A stretch of DNA of 64,000 nt, taken from positions 55,304,001-55,368,000 of the forward strand of contig CM060731.1 in assembly GCA_030704615.1 (NCBI GenBank), in the 5' to 3' direction. A model generated the notes under the pieces. The model had not been told where the DNA came from and searched no databases. It worked only from the letters and a program-made list of their open reading frames with translations. This DNA is from Takakia lepidozioides. Taxonomy: Eukaryota > Plantae > Bryophyta. Positions 1 through 12,433 of this stretch are shown here, one piece after another. Each line of letters begins with the position of its first letter. Within the stretch, counting starts at the first letter, position 1. A program made the translations under genes and the position numbers.

Positions 1-1127
1 GTGGACTTGGCTGTGTTGTCCCTCAAAGCTTTAGCTTCCACCCACTTCGTAGTATAATCAGTGGCTGTAATTATGTACCTGTTCTGTGTATTCTTGGCTG
101 GTGGGTTAATTGGTCCAACAAAGCCTAGTCCCCATTTTTGAAATGGTTCCGTAGGCATTGTAGGATGCAAAGCCATCTTCCCAGATCTCTGCAAAGGTCC
201 TAGCCTCTGACATTCATCACAACTCTGACAATACTTGTGTACATCTTTGAACAAAGTAGGCCACCAGTAACCTACTAGTAGTATCTTCCTACTGGTAGTC
301 TCTTCTCCAAAATGACCTCCAGCCACTCCTTTATGAACTTCCTCCAAAACTTTATTTACTTCATGGTGGTACAAGCATCGCTTCAGCACTCCATCTGGTC
401 CTAGCTTATACATTCTGCTCCCTACCATAGTGTAAGGTAGAGCCTTGATAGCAATTCTCTTTCTCTGCTCCTTTCCATAACTTGGTGGGCACTGACCATG
501 AGCAAGATAGTATCTGATTGGCCACTGCCAATCTAACCAGTCATCTGCACTTCCCTGCACCTCCACTGCAAATAGACTCGCATCTGGTAATTGATCATCT
601 ACTCCCGTGGCTGGTTCTCCTGTTGATAACCGTGACAAGTGATCCGCCACAAGATGCAGCCTCCCAGGCTTGTAAACAACCTCGAACTCAAACTCGTGCA
701 AGATTATCAACCATCTTGCTATTCTTCCGCTTATCAGAGGTTTGTTTACCAGGTATATCAGAGCCTGGTGATCCACATAGAACATAAACTTCTTGCCCAA
801 CAGGTAATGCCTGAATTTCTTTACTGCATAGATCATTGCCAATGCTTCTCTTTCCGTTGTGCTATAATTTCTTTCAGCACTGTTCATCAACCTGCTAGCA
901 TAGTACACAGGTGAATCTATATTTCCTGTAAAATTTTGGGCTAACACCAATCCCAACGCTTTTCCTGAGGCATCGCAGTGAACACTAAATATTTCCTGCC
1001 AGTGAGGATTAATCAGCACAGGTGTAGTTGTTACTGACAATGTAAGTTCCTCAAAAGCCTGTTGACATTCAGGTGTCCATGCAAACACTGCATCTTTCTT
1101 CAGAAGTTTGCTCAATGGTGCTGCTAT
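1..1127 (-). pseudogene. Ty3/Gypsy pol fragment (RNase H to integrase), family G1
   Basis: Minus strand reads RNase H (CDASG) and integrase zinc-finger/core motifs ([19 protein letters not shown]). Near-identical to 53955-54952. Continues at 8398 after the MULE insertion. Confidence 0.9.
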
Positions 1128-1148
1128 GGGGGTTGCTATTTCATGAGC
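1128..1148 (+). repeat. Left TIR of element A (GGGGGTTGCTATTTCATGAGC)
   Basis: Reverse complement matches 8377-8397 at 17/21. Nearly the same terminus recurs at 14506 (GGGGGCTGCTATTTCATGAGC). Confidence 0.85.
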
Positions 1149-1365
1149 TCATGAGCGGGCATGGCTCACCCATGAGCCGCAAAGTAACACACTTCGAATT
1201 TCGGCAGATTTTTTTCGGGCCCAAAACTATAAAATAATCAAAAATCGAAAATTTCCGCGCTCATGCTGGAAGCACTCCGCTCATGAGTACCAGTGTACGC
1301 TCATGACTTGGAGCCCAGGCTCATGGACCGCTAGGCCAGGTCATAGAAAAACTGAATTCTGGGCA

Positions 1366-1832
1366 ATAACGGCACCGAAATTATCCAGAGGCAGAGACGC
1401 AAGCGGAATTAGGATCCGGGTTTGCAGACTCCGAAAACGCAATGGCGACCTATAACCGTGGATAGTACTGTTGCAGAAGTGCATGATGGTTGGGTATAAC
1501 GGCGCCGTAATTGGGCACAGGAAAAGAAATAGCCGGCTGAAGGCTCGGGAGTGAAGCCAACAACGGTGAAAGTAATTGGGCTCCGCCAACCAAATACCCG
1601 GCTGCATCCTCCGGAGTGCAGGCGATAACGGCGCCGAAATGGGCCCGAAAATCAAATACTCGGTTGAAGCCACCGGAGTGCAGCCGATAACGGCGCCGAA
1701 ATTGGGTCCGGAAACCAAATACCCGGCTGAAGGCTAGGGATTGCAACCAATAACGGCGCCGAAATTGACCTGCGGAAACAAAATTCTTGGCTGAAGCTTC
1801 CGCACTCCATCCAATAACGGCGCCAAAATTGG
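1366..1832. repeat. ~63-bp period array of ATAACGGCGCCGAAATT motifs
   Basis: About seven copies (1366, 1496, 1560, 1626, 1688, 1751, 1814) with semi-conserved spacers. Confidence 0.85.
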
Positions 1833-1951
1833 GCTCCGGAGAGCAAATACCCGCCTTACGGTAAGGGAGGCCTTGCTCTCATTTTGCTCTTCACTCTTCT
1901 CTGTTGTGCCCATCTCCTCCCTGCTTTGAGTTCGTGCTATGTCGTGAGGCC

Positions 1952-2503
1952 ATGTCGTGCCCGAATCACATCTATCGACGCCAGACGGGAGTCATTTTCC
2001 CGAAAGCAGACGACATCATTGTTTTCCTGGATGTTTATAGGGACGATCCTCGACTTGTCCAGCTGAGAGCAATGGAGTTTCTTCCAGGATTGCACGATTC
2101 TCCTGGACCCCGGCTGGGGAGCAGGTGGTTCCTACGCATCATGGACCTGGACTTTCCGCATGAGTGGGAGCCGAACAGATCACGCACAGCGTTGCTGTAT
2201 CGCTGGAATTGTTGCGAGTGGACGTATGATGAGTGCATAGGTGAAAACTTTACGCGTGGACGGACTGGCTCGGAAAGTGGGGACATTCTCTTCAGTTATG
2301 AGGATGAGGAGGAGGGGAACACAGGGCCCACTGTGAAAATGTCCTTCTACCAAGGGGGCGCTATCGATAAACACGACATCCTCGTTAGTTTCAACCGGGC
2401 GACAGAAACCACTGACATTTTGTTCAAATATAGGCACCCGGTCACTCAGGAGGTCCTTGAGAGGCCAGTTAGAGTTCCTTCTTCTTGGGCGAGGGGACCA
2501 TAG
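1952..2503 (+). CDS. Orphan transposon-borne protein (ORF-X/Y family), function unknown
   Basis: Shares DII(V)xx, LRIxDxDFP, RSRTAxLxRWNCCxWT, GDI and GGxI motifs with ORFs at 14969, 16083, 37058 and 60758. Intact, intronless. Confidence 0.75.
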   Translation: MSCPNHIYRRQTGVIFPKADDIIVFLDVYRDDPRLVQLRAMEFLPGLHDSPGPRLGSRWFLRIMDLDFPHEWEPNRSRTALLYRWNCCEWTYDECIGENFTRGRTGSESGDILFSYEDEEEGNTGPTVKMSFYQGGAIDKHDILVSFNRATETTDILFKYRHPVTQEVLERPVRVPSSWARGP

Positions 2504-3186
2504 GTCTTGCATGCTAGAGTAGACATGTTTCGACTCGCCGACACTCATGGCACATACATTTTCATTCAGAAATCAAGCAGCTTCCCTGTGCCATATGGGG
2601 AATATACATGCTTGGATAATCTTCTGTTAAGGTTTTTTGCAATTCACTGCCAGTATGCTGGGACGTGTCCTTTGTCGTATGGATTGCTGTTTGCACAAAG
2701 TGCAGTATGCAAATGCTGGAATGTGCAGTAGGACCCTTCCCACTGGGACACAGAACTAGCAATCTTGTAAAGACATCACATTTGCAGAACAGTAACAATG
2801 TATTTGTAGCAAATTGGAGTCTTCTCATAGAGGTGGACGAAAACGCCAGGATGGGCTGCGAAATCACTACAAATTGAATGAAGAGCAGTAACAAGGAAGC
2901 ACTATGCAGTACATAGACCATAAACGGCGCTGAAATAGGCCTCAATGCCCGTTAATCTCCACACAATGTATGCTTTACTCGGATCCATTTGTAGACAACC
3001 AAAATAAAAAAAGCATGCGCATGCCATTCATGGCCAAAAACCACATTCTCATGTATTGCGGCACCAAAATTCACATGTAGCCATGGCGATGCGGCACCAC
3101 CAAGTGTATAATTCCTCCAAAAAAAATAGGGTGCAAGAAGATGAATGTAATATAATTGCCACTTTCTCCTTCCCGAATGTGGAATG

Positions 3187-3837
3187 TCAAGCAGTCCGAC
3201 CAGTGTCCTGCCGTAGGGCCTTGTGCAGCTCGTTGAAACTCAGTGTTGGAGCATGGATGAAGACGTCCACTGCGGATATGCAACTCATGCGCTTCAGAAA
3301 AATGTAATAAAGGTGTTTGCAGGGGACGTATGCTGCATTCTTCGATTCCATAACAAGGAAGTCCTCACAGTTGCAAGCTGGGTACTGTGAAACCGTGATT
3401 GTATACACGACACTGCGCGCAGCAGACCCGGCTGTTGACAACTGAAATATGCGCCCCATCCCGGGGTGAGGAACATCCCTGCAACCTTGCACTATGCAGG
3501 GCATTGCAAGAGCGTTGGCCATCCTGGTGTCGTTCGCCTTTGTTGGTGGCCGCCGTCTTTTCAGTTTCCCCCACCGATGGGTGGGCCAAGCTGCGGGGTC
3601 ACCCACCGTATGCGGGGCGAAGAGCTTCTCGTGGGAGGAGGATGACGACTGGGAATTGGATTTCGTGGAACGTATTTTAGCTTTCAGAGAATCAGGATGG
3701 AAGTACACGTTTACCCAAACACGGGAGTCCATGTTGAAGACGGGACCTCTCGGTACGCTCCGCAGCGAAGTCCTGCAGTGAGAAGAGTGTGTCCTACCTA
3801 ATAACACAAATGATTTTCTGGAGGATTCCGTATCCAA
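3187..3837 (-). pseudogene. MULE transposase C-terminal remnant with SWIM zinc finger
   Basis: YTITVSQYPACNCEDF...PCKHLYY (CxC...CxH SWIM). Homologous to 62023-62400. DDE core deleted. Confidence 0.85.
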
Positions 3838-3980
3838 CAGGATGGGTGATCAGTGCACGTAAAGATGAAGGTATGTAACGTACGTTACAAAAACGGACGA
3901 CAACAGCAAGTTCACATCGGATATTTGGTGCCTGAATTGTAATGTACAACCACTTGGGCTACAATAAATCAGGCCTTCCC

Positions 3981-4383
3981 ATGAATTTCGGCACCGAAAT
4001 CTGGATGAACATCTCTGTCATGTAACAACTTTGGAAGCCAGGGGATGAATTCCGGCGACAGAAATAGTAATTTGTTCACCTCATGAAACTGACCAAGCAT
4101 CCAACGGATGGATTTCGGTGCCGAAATTCGGATGAACATCTTCTTCATCAAATTGTTTCTGCACATGAGGGTTGAATTTGGATGCCAAAATACAGATGAA
4201 TGTGTTCCTGATTACAGTCGTGATTCACCACGTGTCCGGATATCGGTGCCGACATCCGAATGACAGTAATCCTGAATCGGCAGAATGGATGTATTTCGGC
4301 GCCGAAATTCATTCTTCATCTCCTTTTCCGACCCTAATTCTGCTGCCCTGCGGATGGATTTCGGTGCCGAAATTCATCTGAAG

Positions 4384-4429
<46 letters not shown>

Positions 4430-5410
4430 GCGACAGATGAACTTCGGCGCCGAATCTCATCCAAGTCCTCCCTTCTAATTTTCCTTTTTCTTTGCGAGCA
4501 ATGAATTTCGGCGCCGAAATTCATCCGAAGTCCTCCCGAATTTATTTTTTTCTCCATGAGCAATGAATTTCGGCGCCGAAATTCATCCGAAGTCCTCCCG
4601 AATTATTATTTTTCTTCGCCAGCAATGAATTTCGGCGCCGAAATTCAACCGACTCCATCCCTCCAAATTCTTTTCAGGGTTTGAGCGCCGGATTTCGGCG
4701 CCGAAATTCATCCTTACTGTCCGCAATGAGTAACTCTAATATTACATTTTCTATGCGACGGATGAATTTCGGCGCCGAAATTCGTCCAAACCCGACACTT
4801 ACTATTTGCTTCTGGATGATATAATTTTCCGTAAATCGTTGGAAATACCCCGTTCCGACGAAGATAACAGGAATATTCTGCATTTAATGGAGAAATCGGC
4901 ATATTGAACCCATTCTGTCAAAATTAATTGTATTTTAGCCGTTTTTTTCATTTGAAACCGACAGTATCCATTAAGTGGTCTTTTTCGCACGGGACGTTGC
5001 CGCACATAAAGTATAATTTCGGCGCCGAAATTATAGTTAAATGTCCAGAAATGGCAAGTCCAACAGGCATGGACAGCATCCGTCAGGGGCAATGATGGCG
5101 GCAAAGCATAGCATGGTGCCGATTTAGTCTTCGCTCTGGATGAATTTCGGCGCCGAAATATGGATGATTTCACCTCGTCTACGCGTGGACGGAGATATTC
5201 GTAATGAATTTCGGCGCCGAAATATGGATGAAATGTGCCCAAGTGCAGCCGTTTCCACTGTTCCGGAATTAATTCCGGCTCCGATATCCCACTGACAGGT
5301 TTGCTCATGACGAATGAGGACTTGGGAAGCGATGAATTGCGGCGCCGAAATTTGTAAGTTTGTGTACGAAAGCACTTGAATAGGATGAATTTCGGCGCCG
5401 AAATTCATCC
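3981..5410. repeat. Array of ATGAATTTCGGCGCCGAAATTCAT palindromes, ~63-bp period
   Basis: About 19 copies. Spacings mostly 62-65, also 53 and 74 bp. Includes a 43-nt poly-T expansion at 4386-4428. Confidence 0.9.
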
Positions 5411-6075
5411 GTCCGCTGATGAAACGTACCGACCTGACTGTTGAATGTCATAGGCAGGGGATTTTCATGGCGGTTGGGTTTCATGATGTGCGGATATTTC
5501 ATTCAATGTCGGCTGCTCCGGGAACAGCATCCGGTGAACGGAAGGTATTTCGGTGCCGCAATTCGGATAAACCATCTTGTACTGGTGGCTGGAACTGGCA
5601 CGCGTCGTGTTCCAGTCGACTTCATCCGTGCGAACGTGTCAGGGGTCACAATCTCTTCATCACCCATACGGCAGAAAGTGGTGGACGGTGGCAACGCTTC
5701 GGGAGACGTGGCTGCTTACACATCTGCTCGTGTAGAGTGGTTGCATGTTCCACCGCTTCGCTCTCTCGCTCCTTGCCCTTCTGCAGTGACATTCTCCTGC
5801 GTTTCCTCTCCTTATGCGGCATAGTGGTAGCATAGAGTTTGTGGAAGGTCAGGTGACTCCGGCAAAGAGAAGGAGGACGCGGGATTTTGGGAAGCCGCCG
5901 ACGACACGACTTAAGCTCCGTCTCATGCATGAAATGTAGACCTCGTTATCCGGAGACTCGGATCGCCCACCAGTGAGAGATTCGTGCTTTGCGGATGTGA
6001 AGCACTCCATACGCAATATTCCTTTTACACCTTTTTTTTTGCGTGCAGTGTCTCATGTTTTCCTGTTTGTTTGAC

Positions 6076-7710
6076 ATGGGAGCTGGGGAGGGATCGCAGG
6101 GGGGCGAAGCAACACAGTCAACTTTGGATACTCCTGCCCGGGTGCTGCGCTCGCAAGGTGGAAGTGCATCGAGGCAGGCGAGTCCTCATTCAACACCTCA
6201 GATATCGCCTCAGAAAAGCCCACCTAGAGTTCGGAAGTCGAGGAAGCAGAAGGAGCCCATGGCTTCGCCAGTAAAACCCCTAGGGAGACTGGAAGCAGAG
6301 ATATTGGGTTTGCAGTCAATTTCAAAAAACACGGATGCGGTGGAGGCCGCTGGAGATGTGGGAGTTGGATCTGCAGAAGGGCGGCCCATTGAGCTGACAG
6401 AAGGAGAGGACGACAACGTGGTACGACTTGGCGACGATCAGAACCTGCTGGAGCTTGCGGAGGAGCAAAACCTCCAGGACATTTCCTTCTCTGCAGACTC
6501 TTATCTTTCAGGCATTTTGCTTCGTGAAGAAACATTAGAAATTCAAATTACGTGAAACAGGAAGACTTGTTGATTCCATAGTTGATCCACTGGAGTATAA
6601 CGTCCTGTTCAACCATGTGGGAGAGAAGGACATTCTTTGTGATTTGTCGGGCAAGCCATGGAGGTATGGCAGGACCAGGAGTCCTGCATTCATCCCAGAC
6701 GCTCATGGAAACATGTACGGATGTTGAAGGCAGGGTCCTCGACATCACTGCAAATACAGGTGAGAACGTTAATTGAATGCGGCACCAAAATTGACACCAT
6801 TTCCGTTTGTGTATGTTTGCTTGTGCGAGGAAGCGACTCATTCTTGAGTTTGGTTGTGGTTGTGTCGTATGAATTTGCAGGTGCCTGTATGTGGGCGGGA
6901 AGGATGTCGAACCGATTTGTGTTCTCATTTGAGGGGGATACGGCCTTGTACGATTACAATTTGGCGGGCCTTCAGCGTTTGCCTCCGACTGAGGATCCCA
7001 AAAACGCAGAAGATGACGTGGAAGGGGAGGAGGAAGATGAAGAGGAGGAAGTCCAGAAATTCGTTCGATGCAGGGGCGCCCGAAGCCGCTTCCCCCAATG
7101 CCTGTCTTCGAGTGAGTTGCACCATAGTAAGTGTATTGGTTTCGGTTGTAGGGACCATGCAACCTGCCGATGATTCCCTGTTTGAATTCTCTAATGTACT
7201 TCATTCTATGTTTGTGCGTACACTCAGCCTTGCAGAGTCGTCCGACGAGGAGAAGCTGGGAGACTTGCCCGAATCGGACCCTGTTGTAGAGGAAGAGACA
7301 GAATCGCATCGGCCATTCTTTGCCAGAAACCAGAAGCCTTTTTTCTACCAGCCTATGCAGACACGGCTGCCAGAGAAGCCATCAGCAGGGAGGATAGGCC
7401 TACTCGGTTAGAGCAATTGACATACGGGAATGAGCAGAGAATTATAATGAGGCGTGAGGCCAAACATAGAATTGTGAAAGGCAGAGTAGGGAAGTTCGTA
7501 ATAGAATCCGCGTCCGAGAGCGAGGGGGATGTTGAGGACACTTCCGCACCCAGGTGGACAGTTCCGGCTGGTGAGGATGGTATTTTTGAGGGGAGGGCTT
7601 CTCAGAGTAACAGCGGTAGCGGCAGTGCAGGTTCGGAGGCAGGTGGAAGGCAGCCATCCTTGCATGAGGCCGGGGATGCATCGGACAGTGATAGCGGATC
7701 CTCACCATAG
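6076..7710 (+). pseudogene. Internally deleted ParB-methyltransferase gene (C-terminal half of MTase retained)
   Basis: DPLEYNVLFN, METCTDVEGRVLDITANTG|ACMWAGRMSNRFVFSFE and RWTVPAGEDGIFE match the gene at 31043-35958. GT-AG intron 6760-6880 lies at the same position as intron 35088-35192. Confidence 0.8.
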
Positions 7711-8376
7711 CAAAGTCTCATTTGGATCCTTTTGTTGTACAGTTCTGAAACACTTAATGAAAATATTGACGATTTGAAAAATCATTGTGTTCAGACTGCT
7801 TGTCCGATTCCCTACATTTCTTCCGCCAACCAAAATGTATAATAAAAGCAGAAGAGACGCAAACTTCAGTGAAGAACCCTACAAGTAATTTATGCACACC
7901 ATCGAGCCGAGAACTTGAAGCCATGAAAACCCTGCCTAACATTCCTATTGGGAAATTTGGCGCCAAAATAGCCCAATGCGCGCCTTCGTTATATGGGCCT
8001 CAAAAATTCCACGGATGAATTACTGTACCAAAATATCGCGATGGAAGCCTTCAGCACAAGGCACTTCAGCACATTCCACTTGGGTATTTCGGCGCCCAAA
8101 TAGCCCGTTCTGCGCCATTAAATACCGCACTATATCACATTTTAAGAGGTAATTTCGGTGCCGAAATACCCCGGTGGATGTCTTCAAAACACCATTTTAG
8201 CACACTGCTCTTGGGAATAATGGCGCCGAAATACCTCATTCCGCATCCTGGACCAGGAGAAACAGACCCTATTACCGAGGTAAGAGGACATAACACCGTC
8301 AATAAAGGCAGGAAAATTCCAATTCCGCGGATGTCCGCTCATGAGCTCATAGGCTCATGGGCTCATGGGCTCATGC

Positions 8377-8397
8377 GCTCGTGAAATAGTAAACCTC
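8377..8397 (-). repeat. Right TIR of element A (GCTCGTGAAATAGTAAACCTC)
   Basis: Inverted copy of 1128-1148, preceded by tandem GCTCATG repeats. Gypsy sequence resumes immediately after. Confidence 0.8.
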
Positions 8398-11300
8398 TGT
8401 ATAGCTGGTTTGTCCCAGGAATCTCCTTAGACTCTTAGATTTACTGGGGTGGAGAGGCTTTAATGGCCTCTGTCTTTCTGGGATCCACAAGAAGTCCCTT
8501 CTTGCACACAATGTGTCCCAGAAGCACCCCTGAGTTCACACAGAAAGTACACTTCTCTGGATTCAGGCCCAGACCTCTCATCCTGCATCTGGCCAAACAT
8601 AACTCTAATTTATGCAAGTGCTCACTCTTAGAGCTGTACACACTGAAATCATCCAAGAACACCTGCATGAAATCATCCAGATACTCATGAAAAGATTCAC
8701 TTATCACTCTCTGAAAGGTTGCTGGTGCATTACAAAGTCCAAAAGGCATGACTTTGTATGCATAAGCACCCCAGTCTGTGATGAAAGCTGTCTTTCCCTG
8801 GTCTTCTTCTGCCACTTGCACTTGATTATAACCACTGAAGCCATCCATGAATGAGTACATCTCATGGCCTGCCACAGTGTCCAATACCGCTTCTGTGAAT
8901 GGTAAAGGGAAAGGATCTTTCTTCGTACAAGCATTCAGCTTCTTGTAGTTCACACAAGCTCTTAGTTTCCCATTCTTCTTAGGAACTATCACAATGGGTG
9001 ACAACCAAGTCGTATACTCTATCGGGTATATAAACTTAGCCTCAGCCAACTTCTTGATCTCTTCTCCAACCTTCTGTGCATAGTTGGGATTCATTCTGTA
9101 TCTTGCCTGCTTGATTGGTACTGACCCTGGTTCCAGTTCAATCTTATGTTGACAGATTTCAGGTGGTATCCCTCTTAGATCCTCGTAGCTCCAAGCAAAT
9201 ACATCTCTGTATTTGATGAACAAACTCTTAGCTTCTTCAAAGAATTCTGGCTCCAAATCAGCTCCTACCTTCACCATCCTCGGTTCCTCTTCAGTTCCCA
9301 CATTCACTTCCCTCACTTGCTCATCAGCTGTGATTGTCCAACCAGTCACCACTTCATCCTGTAAACTCACAATGGCTGGTTCCTCTAGGATTTCCATTTC
9401 TCCTTCTCTTTCTTCATAGAAATGTGATGGGTAACTGCTGGTTTCCTCTTCAATTGGTGTTGCTGACACTACACCACAGCAGATACCTCTTAAACAACTT
9501 AGGCCTTCCAGCCTCATCTCTGCAACCTGCTCCCACTCTGGGTGTGCAGCGAACAGAGTAGCTTCCTGCTCCTCATCCAGTCCTCCTCTCCAGTCATACT
9601 CTCTGACCCCTCGAGGTCTTCTCGTAGCAGGTAATCTACTAGATTTCTTTGTGGTAATTTGTATCTCGTGCATCCCATTATGCACGTTAGTAACTGAGAA
9701 TTCCAGTCATGGAATACCCTGGCCTGTTTCAGCCAAGGACGTCCCAATAATAAGGAGTAAGCCTCCATGACTTCATCCATCTTCAACACAGTTACTGTGA
9801 TCATAAAGATCATCTTCTGTATCTGTATCTTAACTCCTCTTATCAATCCCAATGGTTGTACACTTCTTTGATCTGCCATTATTACTGTAAATGGGGCTGG
9901 TTTCATGTTACTTAGACCAAGCTTCTTCCTTAATTGGTCTGTCATGATATTTACTCCAGAGCCTCCATCTATCAGTACATCAGTTAGTTTTGTGCTTCCA
10001 ATTCTCAATTGGATTACTGGCATATAATCATCAAAGTCCATGACTGTTTCTCGCCCTTCCGGCTTCACATTATAACTGGTCACCTTGCTGTTCAGGTCTG
10101 TGTTTCCTGTCTCCTGGGCAATTCGATTGATTGCTTGATACAGCCTGTGTCTACAATAAGGTGCCACAGCCAATAGCTGTCCAATGGTAATCTCTGCTTT
10201 GGTCTGGCAATCCTGATTCCCTGGTTGGTAATTCCCCCTTGGATTACCCTGATAGTTGCCTCTGGAATTTCCTTGGTAATTCCCTCTTGAATTACCTCTC
10301 CCTTCCATGCCATTGTTATAACCACCAGGCCTACCATAGTGGTCCTGATCATTGTTTCTTCTTGGCTGGGGCTGCACCTGATGCACCCTTACTTGCCTAG
10401 GTTCTCTTGCAGCTGTCCTTCTGTTGTAGTAACAATTCTCAGTAGAATGGTTATCCATCTTACAGATAGTACAGTGTTTCTCCTTCATGTGGCATTCAGT
10501 GGTGGTATGGCCTTCATTCTGGCACTTTGCACACCAAACACCCTTCCTCCAATGTGTTGCAGCCTCTGTGGCATACTTCTTCAAGATTTCTTCTAATCTT
10601 TTCTCATAGTTATCCCTCTTCAACTTCTCCTTTCTCTTACTCTTCTTTTTCAGTTCTTGCTCTTCTTCTTCATCTGACTCATCCTCAGAGTCCTCATCAT
10701 CCCTTTTCTCTCTCCTGAGCATTCCCAATTGCTCAATTCTGTTTGCTGTTTCAAATGCCTCCTCCACTGTATTATGGGGTAACATATCCACTTTCTTCTG
10801 CAACTCTGGTCTTAGTCCACTCACAAACCAAGTCTTCTGTAAACCTGGTGCTGGTACAGCAGCCAGCTTTTTCATCATCAATTCCATCTTTTCCATATAC
10901 TCCTCAACAGTTTCATGCTTCTTTTGCTTTAACTGTTGTAAACTTCCATACACTTCATCCTCAGTTTTACTGGTCCTGAACCTATTTCGGAATGCTGTAC
11001 TCAAGCCATTCCAGGTTAGGAAATGATTATCAGGGAATCTTGCATACCATTCACTGGCTTTCTTTATAAGTGAACACGGAAACAGTCTCATCTTGGCATC
11101 ATCGCCATTCTCATTGTTCACTATACACATGTGCTCAAATTGGCTAATGTGTACATCGGGATCCCCTTTTCTTGAATATATTGGAAAAGGTGGTTTTGCT
11201 CGCGTTGGTTGTAACGCCATCTGTGGCCCTACCTTCTGCCCACTGACAGGTGCTGGCACCCTTGCTGGTGCTGGTCCTTCAGGACTTGTTGTAGTTGTGG

Positions 11301-12050
11301 TGGATCTTCCACCAAGTGGTGGCCCCTGAGCACTCCCTGCTACGGGCCCCACGATATTCACAGTATTCCCAGCTCCAGTTGCATTACTTCCCACACTCCC
11401 TGTCCCCCCAGAGCCAGATCCAGGCAGCCCGCCTGATCCCCCTGAGCTGACACCTTCGTTGGCCTGTGATCCAAGTGCTCCACTTGATCCAGGTCCAACG
11501 GGTTGGGATGTCCTGGTTGTAGTCTCAACCTCAGCTATTGGGTCTACTTCTTCATACTCTTCCTCTTCCAATTTCTTCTCTCTATTATCATCCTCCAAGT
11601 TCTGCCCTTGGGTTTCTTCTTCACTCATGTAACTCAACTGTAATGGTGTTGGAGAGTCTGAACTCTCCGTTGGCTCTGCCACATCCTCTCCTCCTTCTTC
11701 ACCTTCCACTTCAGAAACTGGAGTTCCTGCTTTTGGTGTTCCATGCCAACTCTTATCAAAGATTTCTGTCAATCTTTTATCCAGGGATGTACCTCAGATC
11801 TTTCACCTCGTGATTGATCTTCTTCCCGTACCAATTCCCTTAATCTTTCTTGCAAAGAAAAAGAAGGAGTGGTATCCAACTCTAGTTCTTCCGGTATGGG
11901 TGATGTACTCTCTGATCTTAATGGTGTGAGAGGTCCAGATGATTCCCCTATGTCTATTCCTCTCTCCCAAATATATGGATAATTAGCTTTCAGATAGCTT
12001 TCTCTTTTTGCTGAATATCTCTGGCGTCTAGCTTCTCTTTCATCACTCAT
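8398..12050 (-). pseudogene. Ty3/Gypsy gag-protease-RT, family G1 (frameshifted)
   Basis: Retrotrans_gag (LKQKKHETVEEY), two CCHC knuckles, protease LIDGGS, RT motifs MDGFSGY, MPFGLCNAPATFQ and FLDD. Confidence 0.93.
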
Positions 12051-12071
12051 GTCCCATGTCTTTCATTTCTT

Positions 12072-12433
12072 TTAATGTGGCAATAACCAAAACTCTCTTC
12101 TGTAATATCTCTCGTATATGCCTGGGTTTCTTTCAAGCTTCAATGCACCCTTGGCTATACTAGAAGTCTCTGTTACCATATAACCATATGGCAAACAAGT
12201 CTGGAAAGCTGTTCTTGGTGTGAGTTTGATCCATAGAATATCCTTTGGAATCCAATTCTTTACCAGTACAAGCTCTTCATGCATATGAGTATAAACATTC
12301 ACCTTTCTTTCCTCCCAGCCTTCAAACTCTACTCGCTTAATGGATAGCAATGCTATCACATAAACCAGTGTTGGTAACCAACGTGCTCTTCCTCTACAGG
12401 CCACCTGATAAATCTTTATCACTCCTTTCTCCA
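12072..12433 (-). pseudogene. Extra 5' ORF upstream of gag (truncated), family G1
   Basis: Same peptide as 59477-59902 (KGVIKIYQVACRGRARW...FWLLPH). Homology breaks at ~12433. Confidence 0.75.

Larger units (their letters stand above)
1128..8397. mobile_element. Mutator-like DNA transposon, internally deleted copy A
   Basis: Imperfect 21-bp TIRs with CATGAG subterminal repeats at both ends. Interrupts Gypsy pol. Contains SWIM transposase remnant, methyltransferase-gene remnant, orphan ORF and palindrome arrays. Confidence 0.85.

Noticed and set aside
1366-1832. E2F binding-site cluster
   Set aside because: Most copies read TTTCGGCGCC rather than TTTSSCGC, and are better explained as the element's own palindrome family.
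4386-4428. Poly(A) tail of a LINE, SINE or retrocopy
   Set aside because: Sits at the T-rich position of the array unit, with no TSD or element body. Best read as homopolymer expansion.
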